From NCBI GenBank assembly GCA_976551045.1, contig CDPCPM010000049.1, positions 6,448,001 through 6,512,000 of the forward strand: a DNA stretch of 64,000 nucleotides, written 5' to 3'. Both the position numbers and the translations under genes were made by a program. The stretch's first letter is position 1. Each line of letters begins with the position of its first letter. Origin of the DNA: Glaucostegus cemiculus (taxonomy: Eukaryota). Under the pieces are notes generated by a model. It did no database searches and was not told the origin of the DNA. It saw nothing but the letters and a program-made list of their open reading frames with translations. This document shows, piece after piece, positions 12,800 to 26,059 of the stretch.

Positions 12800-13500
12800 G
12801 GAGCCTGGCAAAATTAACATCTGTCCTCGATGAAAAGCTTCTTGATCATTGTTGCAGCTGTGATCATCCGAGCAACTGATCGGTATCCCATCAAATTTCT
12901 GGTTTTATAGCTCTGGAAAGCCTTTGAAGGGTCATGTGATGTTCCATTACCCAGCCTCTTCTCCGCTTTTGTTGATGCTGTGTTGACATAGCTGGTTCAG
13001 TTCAGTGTATGATCAATGATAACATGTCAAGACATTGGTGGTGGATTTGGCAATGCTGGTAACAGTAAAGGACAAGTACAGAGTTTTCTGTCACTTGTAA
13101 TTTAAGTCTGTCTATTATCCAGTCACTATTTTCCTATGTTACTGCATCATTAAGCAATACCTGATTGCTATGGAATTATCAGCAAGTTATTCCACTCATT
13201 ATGATGAGTTGGGCTAGGGACACTTTCCTCTTGAGCCAGTGACAACTGGTTTCTATGAACCGTACCCAGCATCCTTTCACTCTAGCTACACTTTTTATAT
13301 TGCTTTGGCCACTAATGCATTGGGTCTTTGGTCCGATGTTGCCTTGAAATTGCAACAGTTACTCTTGTTTCTGCTCCAGCATTGAGCTCTTGGGTGCGTG
13401 TCTGAATCAAGGTTCCAGACATGAACCATGTAGTCCAGGCAAAGCTTAAAATGAGCATAAATAAGTAGCTTATTGGTGAGTAGATGTTGATGGTTTGCAC
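12800..13500 (-). mobile_element. Old CR1/L2-group LINE fragment
   Basis: Shares motifs with 8620-9370 (gaaagcctttgaagggtca, gacattggtggtgga). Decayed. Confidence 0.45.
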
Positions 13501-13958
13501 AATATGATCAATTTGAAATAGAGTGCAACATCACTTCAGTCTTTGCTGTATATCATGTGTCCACATACCAACACAATCTAGATTTGCAGGTTTTAGGATG
13601 GGCAATGCCCATCCAATTGCAACTTGCACCATTTTAATTTCTATTATTTTATGTTACTTCTCTTAGTTTTTCCCTGATTTCACTTCCTGTGATCGTGTGA
13701 CATGCTGCATCAATTTAGCTACCTAAACACAGCAACATCAGCAAACTTGAACTTACCAATAACTTTCAGGGATCCATCATATGCTTAACAACTGAAATTT
13801 CTCTGCCTGATATAAGGCTAGGAAATCCAGCATTACGCTTCATAAAGTAGGCTTTGGCCTTCATTGTTCTCACAAAACACTGTACTCTGCTAATGAGGTG
13901 TCAGAACCATCTTTGAAATTTTTTAAATTCAGAGCTTTAATCCAATACTTAATTTCCA

Positions 13959-14074
13959 TGTGGAGGCACAAGAGATTCTGCAGATGCTGTAATCTAGAGT
14001 AACACACAGAAAATGCTCTTTCCTTCCATAGATGCTGCCTGACCTGCTGATTTCCTTCAGTATTTTGTGTGTGT
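13959..14074. mobile_element. Miniature inverted (hairpin) Penelope-terminus insertion
   Basis: Reverse-orientation end (cacaagagattctgcagatgctg...agtaacacacagaaaatgct) fused to a forward end (gatgctgcctgacctgctga...agtattttgtgtgtgttact). Flanked by direct repeat tacttaatttcca. Confidence 0.8.
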
Positions 14075-14969
14075 TACTTAATTTCCACAACCTGCCCTCA
14101 GCAAGAAGTTTTCATGAGCTCCCAGAATTGGGGTCTCAGATGGTTTTATCATCTTTCGTTGATGTGAGGTTCATCTTGCTCGTGTTCATTGTTAGCTGCA
14201 GCAGACAGTTGTCCTGTTGAGAACAGCCAGAAGTTTTGTCCTGTTTGATGTTTACAGCTTGGCACATTTATTTTTTTCCTTTTCTGTAGGACTCTTACCT
14301 TGATTCTCTGTTGTTGTTGGCAGGCTTTTAATTTTCAGATTAGTTGTTTGCATTCTTCACCATGGATAACAATCATGCCCCTTTAATTTCTTCTGGCTGC
14401 TTAATTATTTAATTTGTTAAAAGTATCTTCTTGTTTCATTTGGCGCATCATTTGCCTGTTAAACAAAGTTGTTGTAGCTGACTGTGGTCCTTTGGACTGA
14501 AGGTTGAACTTTCTGAAAAATACAATCTTGGATAATGTTGGATATTACAGGACATGTTGTCATAACTGTCTTATTTATTTAATATCTTTTACATTCAGTT
14601 ACTTGGTTTGAATTCATTCTATAACACCTTTTCAAGTACAACAAAAATGTTCTTGTGCATCTTCAGTGCCTTTTTATTCCTCCCACGGTCTCTGAATCTA
14701 GCAAATTTTTGTCCTCTGTGAATTTATTTACTTTGTTCTCTGTGTTCTCAATTCACTACCCCCTGTCTTCCTTTAATCTCCCTCTTGCCATCTCTGTCCA
14801 TGGAAACCTGCCAACCCACATTTTCAGGCATCTGCTGCCATTGCCATCTCATGTGATCTTACCATTCCCAATCACAGATGGGGACACCACTGGCTACACC
14901 CCATGCACATCCTCTTTCCTCTCACCAACATTGCTTCTTCCGTGTTTGACCCACAAATAAAGTTCTCCC

Positions 14970-15040
14970 AAAAGCAAAAATTGTTGGAAATGCTCAGCGG
15001 TTTAGACAGCATCTTGTGAAGAGAAACAAGTTAGTGTCCC
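14970..15040 (-). mobile_element. Penelope-like terminal fragment
   Basis: gttggaaatgctcagcggtttagacagcatcttgtgaagagaaaca. Confidence 0.6.
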
Positions 15041-15699
15041 AGGACTTGCAGTCAGCAACAATCCACCTACACTCACTGCTGACCAATGTCAAAAAAAATC
15101 ACACCTGCCTTGTCCCAGTGAACAGTTTGTACATTGGAGTTAGCTTCAGGCTGAGTAATGAGGCTTTGCAGCACAGCAGGACTTGGCAGGTGTAAATCCC
15201 ATCACCTGGGGGAGTCAGAGCAAGCCCTGCATGGAAAAGCGACTTCCAGCTAAGCTGTGGCCCCAGGTTTAGTCACTACTGCAATCGTCTGATGTTCTGA
15301 AACTTCCAAAAGCAAAGATTAAGCAAACTTAAATTAAAACTAAAATTAAAACAGTTAAAACTCTGAAACACAAAAATCAGTTCAGTAAAATGTGCATCAG
15401 AAAACACCAGCCTTCAACCTACTCGCTCCCGACTGTTGAGGTCAATGGAAGAGAATTCCAGGAAGGGTCCAGCAACGGAACACTGATGTGAAAAACACTG
15501 CAAATAATTCCACACAGCTGAGTCTTCAGCTTTTGTGCACACATGCATGGAACTTCTGAACTTCCTGGCAGTTCAACAGAAGAATGCTGCTCGTTGTGTG
15601 TGGAAGTCTTGGCTTTTTCCTGCCAAACTCTGGCTTAGTGTTTCAGGTTGTTGACCTTTCAGTTGTCTGACCTATGCCACTCAATTTGCCCCCAGAGCA

Positions 15700-16810
15700 C
15701 TGCAGCTCGGAAATCTCTCAACCAGGCTCTTGCTTCCATCATTGATGCCCATGTCCCTGATAAAACTATTACTGTCTTGTCATCCTATCTGTTTCCCCAG
15801 TGCAACCCTCAACACCCACAACAGATTGGAAAAGATATGGTAGAAAACTTCTTTCAACATATGCTGTCAGATCTGAAACAATCACTTTGGATCCCGTACT
15901 TATCTGTCAAACTGCTTTTAATATTAGATTGTTCTGTCAGCCATTTACTTAACCACATCCCCCACTCCACTGACTGCCCCCCTCTTCCCATCCCTTCTCC
16001 TCCACACCTCCCAATAATAAATACCAGCTCATGAATAGCTTTGTACTTTGTCATCACAAATGAGACCACCAAAATATTCTGCTGTTTTCCCACTTCCCCT
16101 TGTCAACAGGACCAATGATTTCCATTCCCATCTCCTCCCCTACACCCCCACCCTCAGTGCTTCAATCCTAAACTCATAGCTTTCTCCAGGTTCTCTCCTG
16201 TTTCCCAGTCATGCAATTCATCTTGTCCCGAAAACCCTCACCATGCTCCTTTGACCCCATCCCCACTTTATGCTACTTTTCCTCCTTTTGTTTCCTAGCC
16301 TATCTGTAAATTTTAACATGGTTGACAGCCACATCCTCCAGTAACAGCTCTCCAGTGTTGTCCAACTGGATGAGATGACACAAGTCCAGATCCATCCTTC
16401 TTTCCAGTTGCAGCCAGAGAATTGACATAATGTCTTCTCTTCCCACACACATTCTGTTATCGCATGCTCCTCATGGATCTATCCTTGGCCCCTTCTGTTG
16501 CTCCTCGGCAACACCATTAGTAAACAAGGCATACATTTCTACATGAGCAGAAATTTCCTTCAACTAAGTATCATTGAGGCCAATGCTATCGCCATCAGTC
16601 CCCATCACAAGCTTTATCTTCTTGCCACCAGTTCCATCCTCCTTTCTGGCCACCGGTTGAAACTGAATCAGATTCTTCTCAGTCTTGATGTAATATTTAA
16701 CCCTGCATTGAGTTTTGGGTCTTACCCAGACCAATATTTAGACCACTTCCATTCAAATGTTCTCCTGTCTTGGCTCATCTGAGAAAGCCCTCATTCATGG
16801 GTTTGTTATC
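15700..16810 (+). mobile_element. Decayed L2-clade LINE RT region
   Basis: cctcatggatctatccttggccccttctg corresponds to PQGSILGPLL, followed by LGNTISKQGIHFYM (LGDIIRKHGVSFHMY-like). Confidence 0.7.
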
Positions 16811-17689
16811 AAGAATAACTATTCCAAGAACATAAGATAACCATACCCTCTGGGATAATGGAAAAGGAGGGGTGGTTTGCTGGGGTGTAGAGGGGAGAGC
16901 ACTTTTATGGTCAAGTTGGATTCCGAGAGATTGGTAGTAGACATTTGCAGTCAAATTGGCTTACTGAGGCAGAATCAGTAAGCTGAACCAGGCATGCCTG
17001 TGATACTCCAGGGTACTATTAATGAGTGAGTAGGAATAACAGAACCTGGAGGAGTTCCTGCCATCAAGTGTTGGAACTCACCATAAAATGTATGACCCTA
17101 GCCTTTTGGCCGTGATGAGGGTGCGGAAGATTCTCCACAGACTGATGTTTCCATCCGATGGAAATGTAATTCCTCAGGAGCAGCTGGTCATCTCTTTAAA
17201 AGACATTTATATTGAATCTAGCAAAATAAGCATGTCCAAAAATGTCCAACTGCAATTCCAAGCCTTCTGGTAGTGTCCACACTTATGTGTCCACATTTCC
17301 TTATCAATCGGTGTTTAACTTCTGGAAGGCTCTTCACAGGCTAGTTTGCATTATGTCAGCTACCTTGATGTTCCGGTTTTCAGATGTTGAATTGTACACT
17401 TGGTTTACTCCTCATCAAATGATTAACCAAGTTCTGATATTCGCCCACAATGACTTCACTTGGTGAGAAATCAGTATTGTTGAAATGACCCCTCTCCTGC
17501 AGCAACTTCTTTTGCTCCAATATACCCTTTAACACTCTGTATTGCCACATTCTATGCAGAACCTTGCTGTAAATAAAACAAAGAATCTTTTTACAGGATA
17601 CAGGACTCTGCATTTATTCTTGTTACTGCAGCACACATTCCAGTTTAGTGACAATCCCAAAGCCGTCCTAAATTTAGAAAACAAAACCT

Positions 17690-17995
17690 TCATTGGTGGC
17701 TCATTACCTTAGTACAGAAAAAGAAGCGACGTGAGGAAGATCCTTGGTTTGATTCCAGTGTATGATGTGTTCACCTGGAAGGTAATGGAGTGCAACACCT
17801 ACTTATAGTGACCCTGGGCTTTGAGGGGAAGGTTAGTCAGTATCCTGCTCGAATCTTTTGCAGGATGGACCCCCACAGCGGTTTTGGGATCAGATTGGCC
17901 CATAATCAAGGGTTATAGGTGAACTGCATCTTAGTGAGTCAGGTACCTGACCGCACCTGTGAAACTACACTCCAGTATAAGTCAGCATTTTCACA
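17690..17995 (+). mobile_element. tRNA-derived SINE, decayed, family unassigned
   Basis: A-box-like ggtggctca and B-box-like ggtttgattcc. Body resembles a common elasmobranch SINE (gaccctgggct...tcctgctc...aggtacc...agtcagc). Confidence 0.45.
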
Positions 17996-18164
17996 ATAAA
18001 GATAAATTATAAAGAAAGTTAAAAGCACATTGCACAGAATGTGTTGCTGCTTATTCATTTACTAAATATAAATCATCTCAATATGAAACTTTTGCAGGTC
18101 AGGTGATAATGGAATTTTCATTATCTTTTGCCGCCTTAATTAGATGCCAATCTGATACTTCTGA

Positions 18165-18350
<186 letters not shown>

Positions 18351-20189
18351 TAACTTTCAATTATTTTTGTAGTGCTAAAAATTGTAAACCTCTAGATAAA
18401 TAAACTATAGTATTTTATTCCTTAAGAACAATGAAGATCTGTTCATTCTCTGAAAAAGTTCACACAAAATTATAAAAGGTCATTCATGCTATTTAACCTA
18501 CAATTGCTACTGTTTTTTTAGTAAGCTTACACAATTATTCTTTCTCTTGATTTTGGTGATTCAAATAGAGTTTATGATCTACTATTTTCAGGATAAAGGA
18601 ACCTGTTTTTTGATATTTGGTGCAATTTATGCAAGAATGGGTATTGGTTGGCTTCAGTCAGGCTGAAATCGAAATATATCCTTGCATTCAGTTTTCCAGG
18701 GCAGAATTTCATGTGCAGATTCAGGTGTATTTGTGAAATTTAAATCAGCAATGAAATGACAAAAAAAAAATCAAAGTTTTTGGAGAACTTAAGAACATCA
18801 CTAGATGCTTTCCCCTTGGCTAAACAGGCAGGGGACTAAGAGCACAAGAGCAGTGCAAGATTAAAAGTAAGGATAATCAGAGGTGTGGCATGGGACCATA
18901 GGTGGAGGAAGCATACAGCAAAAGTAGGTGACAGCACTTTGCCTGATGCAAACAGTGTCTGCATAGAATTATGTCTGAATGTGAATTATGTCAGATGATA
19001 TTCATCCTGGTGATGTTGCAAGGCATGATTTACCTCTCTGCAGGCCTGAATCTCAAGAAGGTAGTTTCCATGAACATTTCCTTATAGGTGTGCTAATGTG
19101 GCCCCAAAATGACCTGTTGATCAGACCTCCCTATTCAGGAATGTTTACATTGTAGATGAAATTGCAGTGCACATAGTAAAATAAGTAATGATCCCATGAA
19201 TTATATTTGCTTTGATTGCTAACTGCAGATGTTATTTATTAACATTTCATTGCATAAATAAATGGCTGAATAAAAATGTATGTGTAGTACCAGAATTAGC
19301 ATGCATCATTGCATTTCTCCCACTTTACTAGTGTGGCTAGAGGGGAAGGGAAAAGGGAAATTTTGATTTTCTTTTCCATTGGTCCCACAAACACACCTCT
19401 GAAATTTGGCTCTTATGAGAACTAAGTATCTTTTGCAATTTTAACATGTATAACAGCTAATCAAAGTGCAGGAAAAAAATATTACTTCATAGCATGTTCT
19501 AGGTATGAGCTAATTGCATGTCTGACTTTGAAACTGAAAGTCTACTCAAATTAAATTATCAGATTTAAAAGAGCTAGAATCCAACAAACTCAAAGATGAG
19601 CAATGCAAAACAATTGAGGCAGTTGGTTTACAACTGACATGAAATGAGAAATTCCCCTGTGAAAAAGCCATTGTTCTGAAGTCACCTGATCTTCTCAATC
19701 TGATCTCGGATTACTCACAGATTACATCCTATCAACTCATCTGAAATGTGATGCTGAAGAAGTTTGCTTAAAATCTTATGGACAGCAATGACAACCAATC
19801 ATTCATGTCAGGGAAGATAATAGTTTTTTTTTGGAGACCATGGTAGTCAAGCCTAAAGAGAGATATTTTGATGTGCAATTTGAGCTGAAGGGTGATCATA
19901 ATTGTAGAAGAGAAGGAAGTGGAAGAAGAGGAGGACTGTGAAGATTTCGAAGAAGATCAGAAAGCTAGAAGAATAGTAGCTTTGGCAGTGGGTGGTCTCA
20001 GAGAGAAGTCCATTGAATTACCAGGAGTCAACTGTGACTTTTTAGAATTTGACTGACTGCATCTCAAAGCATTTGTTTCTGTGAGAAATGTATACCATTC
20101 GCATTTGATCCAGTCAATTTTGCAAATTCACTCACTTTGTCCAGTCTCACAACAGACAACTTGCACTAACACAGTACACTTCACATCCA

Positions 20190-20520
20190 TATCAGAACTT
20201 CTAAAACACTTTAGGGGCATTACAATACATTTGAAACTGTCACTTTTTGCAGTTTGGGAATCAGGGCAGCAAATTTGTTTGAGGGATAAATATTAGCCAG
20301 CCCACAGGAGATCTAGTCTAGTGAGGCTAACCCTATTGAAACTTTGGAAAAGATTTGCAGAGATCAATTGTGGCGACCCAAAAAAGCAGGATAGCTTAAG
20401 TTTAACTTGTTATCTGAATGGTTGCATCTCTAGCACTTCATTACCTCATTGGAAATGTTTTTACTTGCTGTTTTGGAGTGGGACTTACTCACTGAGAAGG
20501 TTGGCATTGGCTGACACTGA
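20190..20520 (-). mobile_element. Deu-domain SINE (SacSINE/AmnSINE-like)
   Basis: ttgagggataaatattagccag, gtttaacttgttatctgaa and tggagtgggactt are reverse complements of motifs in the + copies. Confidence 0.7.
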
Positions 20521-22489
20521 GAACCAACAAAACAGCAATAACTTTTTCATAACAAGGCTATGGTTAGGGGTTTCTGAGTCTGTAGTTATTCAGATTCAAA
20601 CAATGAACCATGCTTGTAAACATTATTACTCTTACACATCAATTTTAACAATAGTTTTTTTTATTGTATGAAGTTTAAAATATTACTCCCCTCATTGTAT
20701 TGCACCCAGAGTATCTTTGAAGCATGTAGACACAGCTTTAAAAAAAAAACTTGCCTAAACATCCATCCTTGGTCAGTGGTAATAAATGGCCTAAATAGGC
20801 ATATCAGTGGATTGTACTCTGCCTCCAAAATCCATAGGTGTACAGTTAGCACCATCAACCAGAGATGAATCTCTGGGCATGTATTTTCCTTTTAATAAAA
20901 CAATTTTGCCAGTTTATCCTAATTTTTCAGTATATCCAGGGAGAGTTGGGGTGTAGAAAGGAAGACATCTTCGCTGACTGATTTATTCCCAGGCTTGCAC
21001 TATTAATTTCTTTAGCCAACAGATGGAATCTTGAAAAGGCCACTATTTTTGATCTTTCAACCTGCAGGGAAATGTTAACGACATTCATGTCCTTCTCACT
21101 CAAGGCAAAGGGAAAATGGACAAGTGATTAAACTTACTCTGCCTAATTCAGAGGGTCTCATAAAGAACAAAACTACAATCTCTTTGCTAAATAAGTGATC
21201 TGCTAATGCCAGTCAAAGAAGTAAAATATCAGAAATATAATCTGGCTTCTCATTTCTCTGGATGGGTTAGAATGTTATTAACCCAACCAATTCAGAAGGT
21301 GGTGGTTCCAAGTGCCGGGTTAGTGCCAATTTTGACTGATTCCCATAATAAGTCAACAACTCCATTAGCAATGCGTCATGAATTGTAGAGGACGTACAGT
21401 GCAAATTAGATGGACCTTGCTGGATTTCCCATCTAAACAACCCAAAGCTCCCAAGTTACTCTTGAATAAATATCCATACATGAACCCTTTCCCGTATGGA
21501 TCATTAAATAAACAACCAAGATGCAAGTTAAGACCTGTGTAAACAGATCCACTATTGTGAAATAAGCAATAGGGCCTGGAAATAAGGCTTGTGATAAAAT
21601 TGCCAAATTATTTCCCAAACAGCATACTGCCAGAAACCGTTCACTGAGTTGTCCACCAATGTTTCTTGCTCTGACAAAAAAGATTAACTTCACTTTTGTA
21701 CATCTTTCAAAACCATTCATATGAAGGCCAATTGGTCAGTGTGCCAAATTTCAAGTCTGCATTCAGCTTTTCCTCTGACTTTAGACATTAAAAGCTAGTT
21801 AAATTCTAATCTGGATACTTTGTTTTCTTAAAGCTGGACTGTTCCAAACTTTAGAAGTGCAATTCATTTTGCAGTCCTAGAGAATGTCTGTACTCCAAAT
21901 AAAAATGATTTTATAAACAACTGAAGGCCAAAGAAGGGTTTCTGTGGAGAGAATATTGCACCTGAAGCACATTATCCTTCATTATTTAAGTTCCAATATT
22001 TTCCAATACAGACAGAGCCAGTAACAGAGGGGAATTGTCTTTGAAAAGAGTCAGTCCTTGTGGGTAGGAAATAGAGCCACATTTCCAGCAATAGTAAAGG
22101 TCACCACTGGCAACAACATCAATGCCTTTGTCCCTTTTACTCCCCAGTCTCATTCACACACATCTTCTCCACACACTCATGCATGGAATGTATTAAGGAC
22201 CACTCTAGTCTGCAAACTGTCACATAGGAATTCTTGAGCCATTTGAAAACATAAGTTGTGGCAGATGGAAACTTTAAGCTTCTTGATTTTGTCTTCAAGA
22301 GCTAAAGCTTGTAAGATTCTGAAGGGGGGAGCCTGTCATCGGACCAATGGGAAATACCATTGGTGCTGAAGCGGCACTTATGATCTTTTTTTTTACCTCT
22401 ATGCACTAGATTGTGACACTTCTGTTGCTGTTCCCAAGCACACTGGAATAGGTTTAAAATACTCCCAAAAATGACAGAAACTGTCACAT

Positions 22490-22620
22490 GTCTTTATTAG
22501 TCACATGTACATTGAAACACACAGTGAAATGCATCTTTTGTGCAGAGTGTTCTGAGGGCAGTTCGCAAGTGTCGCCATGCTTCCATGCCAACATAGCATT
22601 GCCCACAACTTCCTAACCTG
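22490..22620 (-). mobile_element. 3' tail of the V-SINE subfamily seen at 38857-39057
   Basis: tctttattagtcacatgtacattgaaacacacagtgaa...caagtgtcgccatgcttcc...aacttcctaacctg is the reverse complement of roughly 38920-39050. Confidence 0.8.
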
Positions 22621-23679
22621 CATGAGTTATTGATTTAATCCACCTGGCCCACCCAAAACATTCATCCTCTGACTCTATCCTATTGTTCTATTTAACTCAA
22701 ATCTTATCATCTTGTCTTCCATGTTCCTTTTTGTGATTTTCATGGAATTGTGGTGAGAAAGCTGAATTCCAGTCTGGTATTACCATTAAGTGTATAAATG
22801 ACAACATTTGGAAATAAGAATTTTGCTTACACTGAAGCTTTTGAGATGAGAATTCAATCCCAGCCCAGTTATTTAATCAGACCCTGTTTGGTCAGTTTGG
22901 ATCCTTGCCTACTATCCATGCTTAGTGTACTTCTATCGACCAGATTAAGAATAAGTCTCCGAATAGATTTACCCAGAAGGAACAATTTAAATGCATATGT
23001 AAACTATTCTGTCAGTGTTGTTTCAAAAATTTGAAGACATGAAAGAAAACTTGAACATTATACAGTGGAACTTCTGTCATTGATATATAGCCCCATCCAA
23101 CAATGATCATGTACCAATTTTCATGGGCCAGACGTTTTATAGGCATCTCTTTCTGACAAAGCTTACACTATATTGTGTCCAGTCAGTGTGTCTCTGGGTT
23201 CTCTTCCCTTTTCGTAGCTTAAAGAGCAGAAATTGCATAGCTGAATGTCTCAGCACTGCACCTGAAACCCAAAGCTGCTGACAAATTATATCAGTTAACA
23301 CTCTGCAGACACATAAAATAAATCTTCCTAGGCCATTCTTCAGATAATCACTTCAGGAAAGGCAAGTGGAACATAATTTATTCAAGTTAGTTTTATGTCT
23401 ACAAAGGTCTATTCAAGGAGATTTAGATGAGGCTTTGTTTAAGGACAAGATTATTATCAAGTACTCAAACAAAAAACATGCAGCTATTTCTACCAATTGA
23501 AAATGAAGGGCAGTTTGGCCTTTCCATTTGAACATTATTACCACTTTGAAATAATTACTTCTTAAAAATTAAGTTTTTAAAGTATTGAAATAATTTGCAA
23601 GTTAGCAGACTGGAAGCAATTTGCTGCACTCTATCAGCTGCAGAATCCATCCAATCTTTCTGGTGTGATTATATGGGAT

Positions 23680-24585
23680 GTGGTGGTGTACCAGTTAAAT
23701 TACTAGTTTAGCAACCAGAGTTGTAGACCATTGACCAGGAGCTGCAAATTCACATCCCACAATGACAACTAAAGAATTTAAAGTAGTTAAATAAATTTGG
23801 ATTTATTTTGAAAAAGTTTATTCTAGCAACAGTAACAATGAAAGTACAATTGTAGTTAGACTGTTGTAAAAACCCAAACTAATCCCCTTACCCTGATTGT
23901 GAGGCCTAAATGTGATTCCAAATTCACCAATGTTCTTGAATCACAAGACTGCAGAAGCTGGAAATCTGAAATAAAAATAGAAAATGCTGGGAATACTCAG
24001 CAGGTTAGACAGCATCTGTAGAGAAAGAAGTTGAGTAAACACTTCAGGTCAATGACTGTTCATTGGAACTGAGAAAGTGAGGGGAAAAAAACAAGAGAGT
24101 TTTAAACTGCAGAGAGGAGCAGGGTGGCCAGAACAAAGGGAGTGTTTGGGATAGAGTGGAAATCAACAACTTTTGATGTCATCTATGAGAGGGAAATGAA
24201 TGCTGGTTAGAGATTACTGATTGTGATTAATTAGCATTCATTCCCTTTTCTCAGATGTTATTCAATGCAATTTTGTCACCTGGACAACTTCAGTCTCAAC
24301 CCAATCACAGACATTCTCTTTGTTCCCTGCACCCCTCCCCTTCTCTGAAACTTATAATACACTCCTGTTCTCACTTTCTCAGTTCCGACGAAGGGCCTTA
24401 ACCTGCAATATGACTGTTTCTCTCTCCATAGATGCTGCCTGACTTGTTGAGTACCCCCAGAATTTTGTGTGCTTGTGCACCATTGAGGATGATGTTTGGC
24501 TTTTCTTCTCAGTTCAAGGGCAAATAGGGATGGACAATAAAACACAACATGCCAGCTATGTCCACATCATGTGAACGAATACACC
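23680..24585 (+). mobile_element. tRNA-derived SINE split by a Penelope insertion
   Basis: 5' part 23680-23935 (caaattcacatcccac, ttgtaaaaaccca, tgtgattcca). 3' tail 24505-24585 (ctcagttcaagggcaaatagggatggacaataaa...ccacatc). Confidence 0.6.
23938..24478. mobile_element. Penelope-like remnant with inverted terminal arms
   Basis: Left arm cacaagactgcagaagctggaaatctgaaataaaaatagaaaatgctgggaatactcagcaggttagacagcatctgt. Right arm ccatagatgctgcctgacttgttgagt. About 200 bp of mutual reverse complementarity. Confidence 0.8.
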
Positions 24586-24759
24586 TTTAAAAAGTCTTCA
24601 CCTATTCTTGCTTAAGTACTCCATTAATTCCTACTCTTGTGCTATCTAACATTCACACTCATTTATGTACCTTATTCCTCAGTAAAACCAAAGGCTGATG
24701 CCTGCCCCCTACTGGATCATTTTAAGTGTTCTCCAACTGCATTTGTGAACCTTCTCATA

Positions 24760-25060
24760 AGGCTATTGATGCCATGCATGTTGAGGTGCAGTCCATCCAT
24801 CTCAAACAAGTTCAATTTGCCTCTGAGCTGGTCTCAACGAACCCCTAGAATCTGAAGCCCTCTCTCCCACACACTGTAATCAGCCTACTTTCTCCTTTCA
24901 CTTGCATGTGGCACCAGAAGTAATCCTGAGATTACAGCCTTCAAGGCCCTACTTTTTTTTTTACTTTTTAACCCCTTCCCTGAAAGTCTGACTTCAGATC
25001 TTAAAGTGTGCCCCACCCCCTGTGTTGTTCATACTGATGTGAACCATGATCTCTGGCTCA
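24760..25060 (-). mobile_element. CR1 ORF1 (esterase) fragment
   Basis: Reverse strand gives ISGLLLVPH and MVHISMN, matching TSGLLPVPR and VHVGTND of the CR1 at 3310-7420. Confidence 0.6.
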
Positions 25061-26059
25061 TTCTGTCTCGATTTATATTGCTGCCAACACTTAATGTTGT
25101 GCTAACCTCCCCTTTCTTCTGTATACCAATGAACTTTGGGGGCAGGGGGGAGATGTTATTTTAAGACTTTAATATGGTAGCTTTGACATATGGTACATGT
25201 CAAGCAAACTTACATCTTAATATTCTGAATTACTCTCCATATGGCAAACAACCAAATTGACATGATTATTTTCAGATGCAGTTCTGCTGTAATCCTTGTT
25301 CGCCATTTGTAAGAACAGCTGGTTTCAGAAAATATCTTACAAATTTTATTTGCCTGTTACTACAGGATTAAGCAATTTCTGCTTAAAGCTTATGATTGAT
25401 GAGTTCATTGTTAAATACACTGCTGACTGTAAATCATCAGGGCAGCTCCTCTGACCCATTACTTTAACAATTTTGTCCTTGACTGGTTTTGTGCCTGAAA
25501 GGTGTTGATATGGATCTAAAGTGGAATCCCTTCACCATTCAGGACAAGGGATGCCAATCAAATAAGGATTACCACCAGAACCTCTGCTGCAAGTCTTTCA
25601 CCCCAATGACTTCTAAATTAAACATAGGAACAAAGTGTGTTTCCATCCATGCCTAGCTAATCAGTTAATGAGTATTTTTGATAATTGTGTAGCATTTATG
25701 CCCTGAGCTGGTAAAACAGAGGCTCTGATATTCTTCTGGTATGCCTAAAGGTTATAGCTGGAAAATGGGATTGTCTCTTGGTCTGATGGGGTCAAATGTC
25801 AGTTCCTTGGAATCTGAGATGTATTTTTTTCAGATCCCTTTATGGTGCTACATTTCGGATCTATGCTACACTGAACAATACAAATAACCTTATACCATAA
25901 CTATCAGCACCATCAAATACTCCCTGTAAAGGGTTTTGTAGGTGCCTTTCAGTGGCATTGGCATCAAATCCAGCTTACACCAGGTCATGTCCTTGGACTC
26001 ATCAGTCTATCCATAGTGACACCAATGCACTTCATGAAAATGCACAAAAGGGTTATGGA

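Noticed and set aside
21305-21335. ttagtgccaatt resembling a recalled LF-SINE core in reverse
   Set aside because: Similarity does not convincingly extend beyond about 25 bp.
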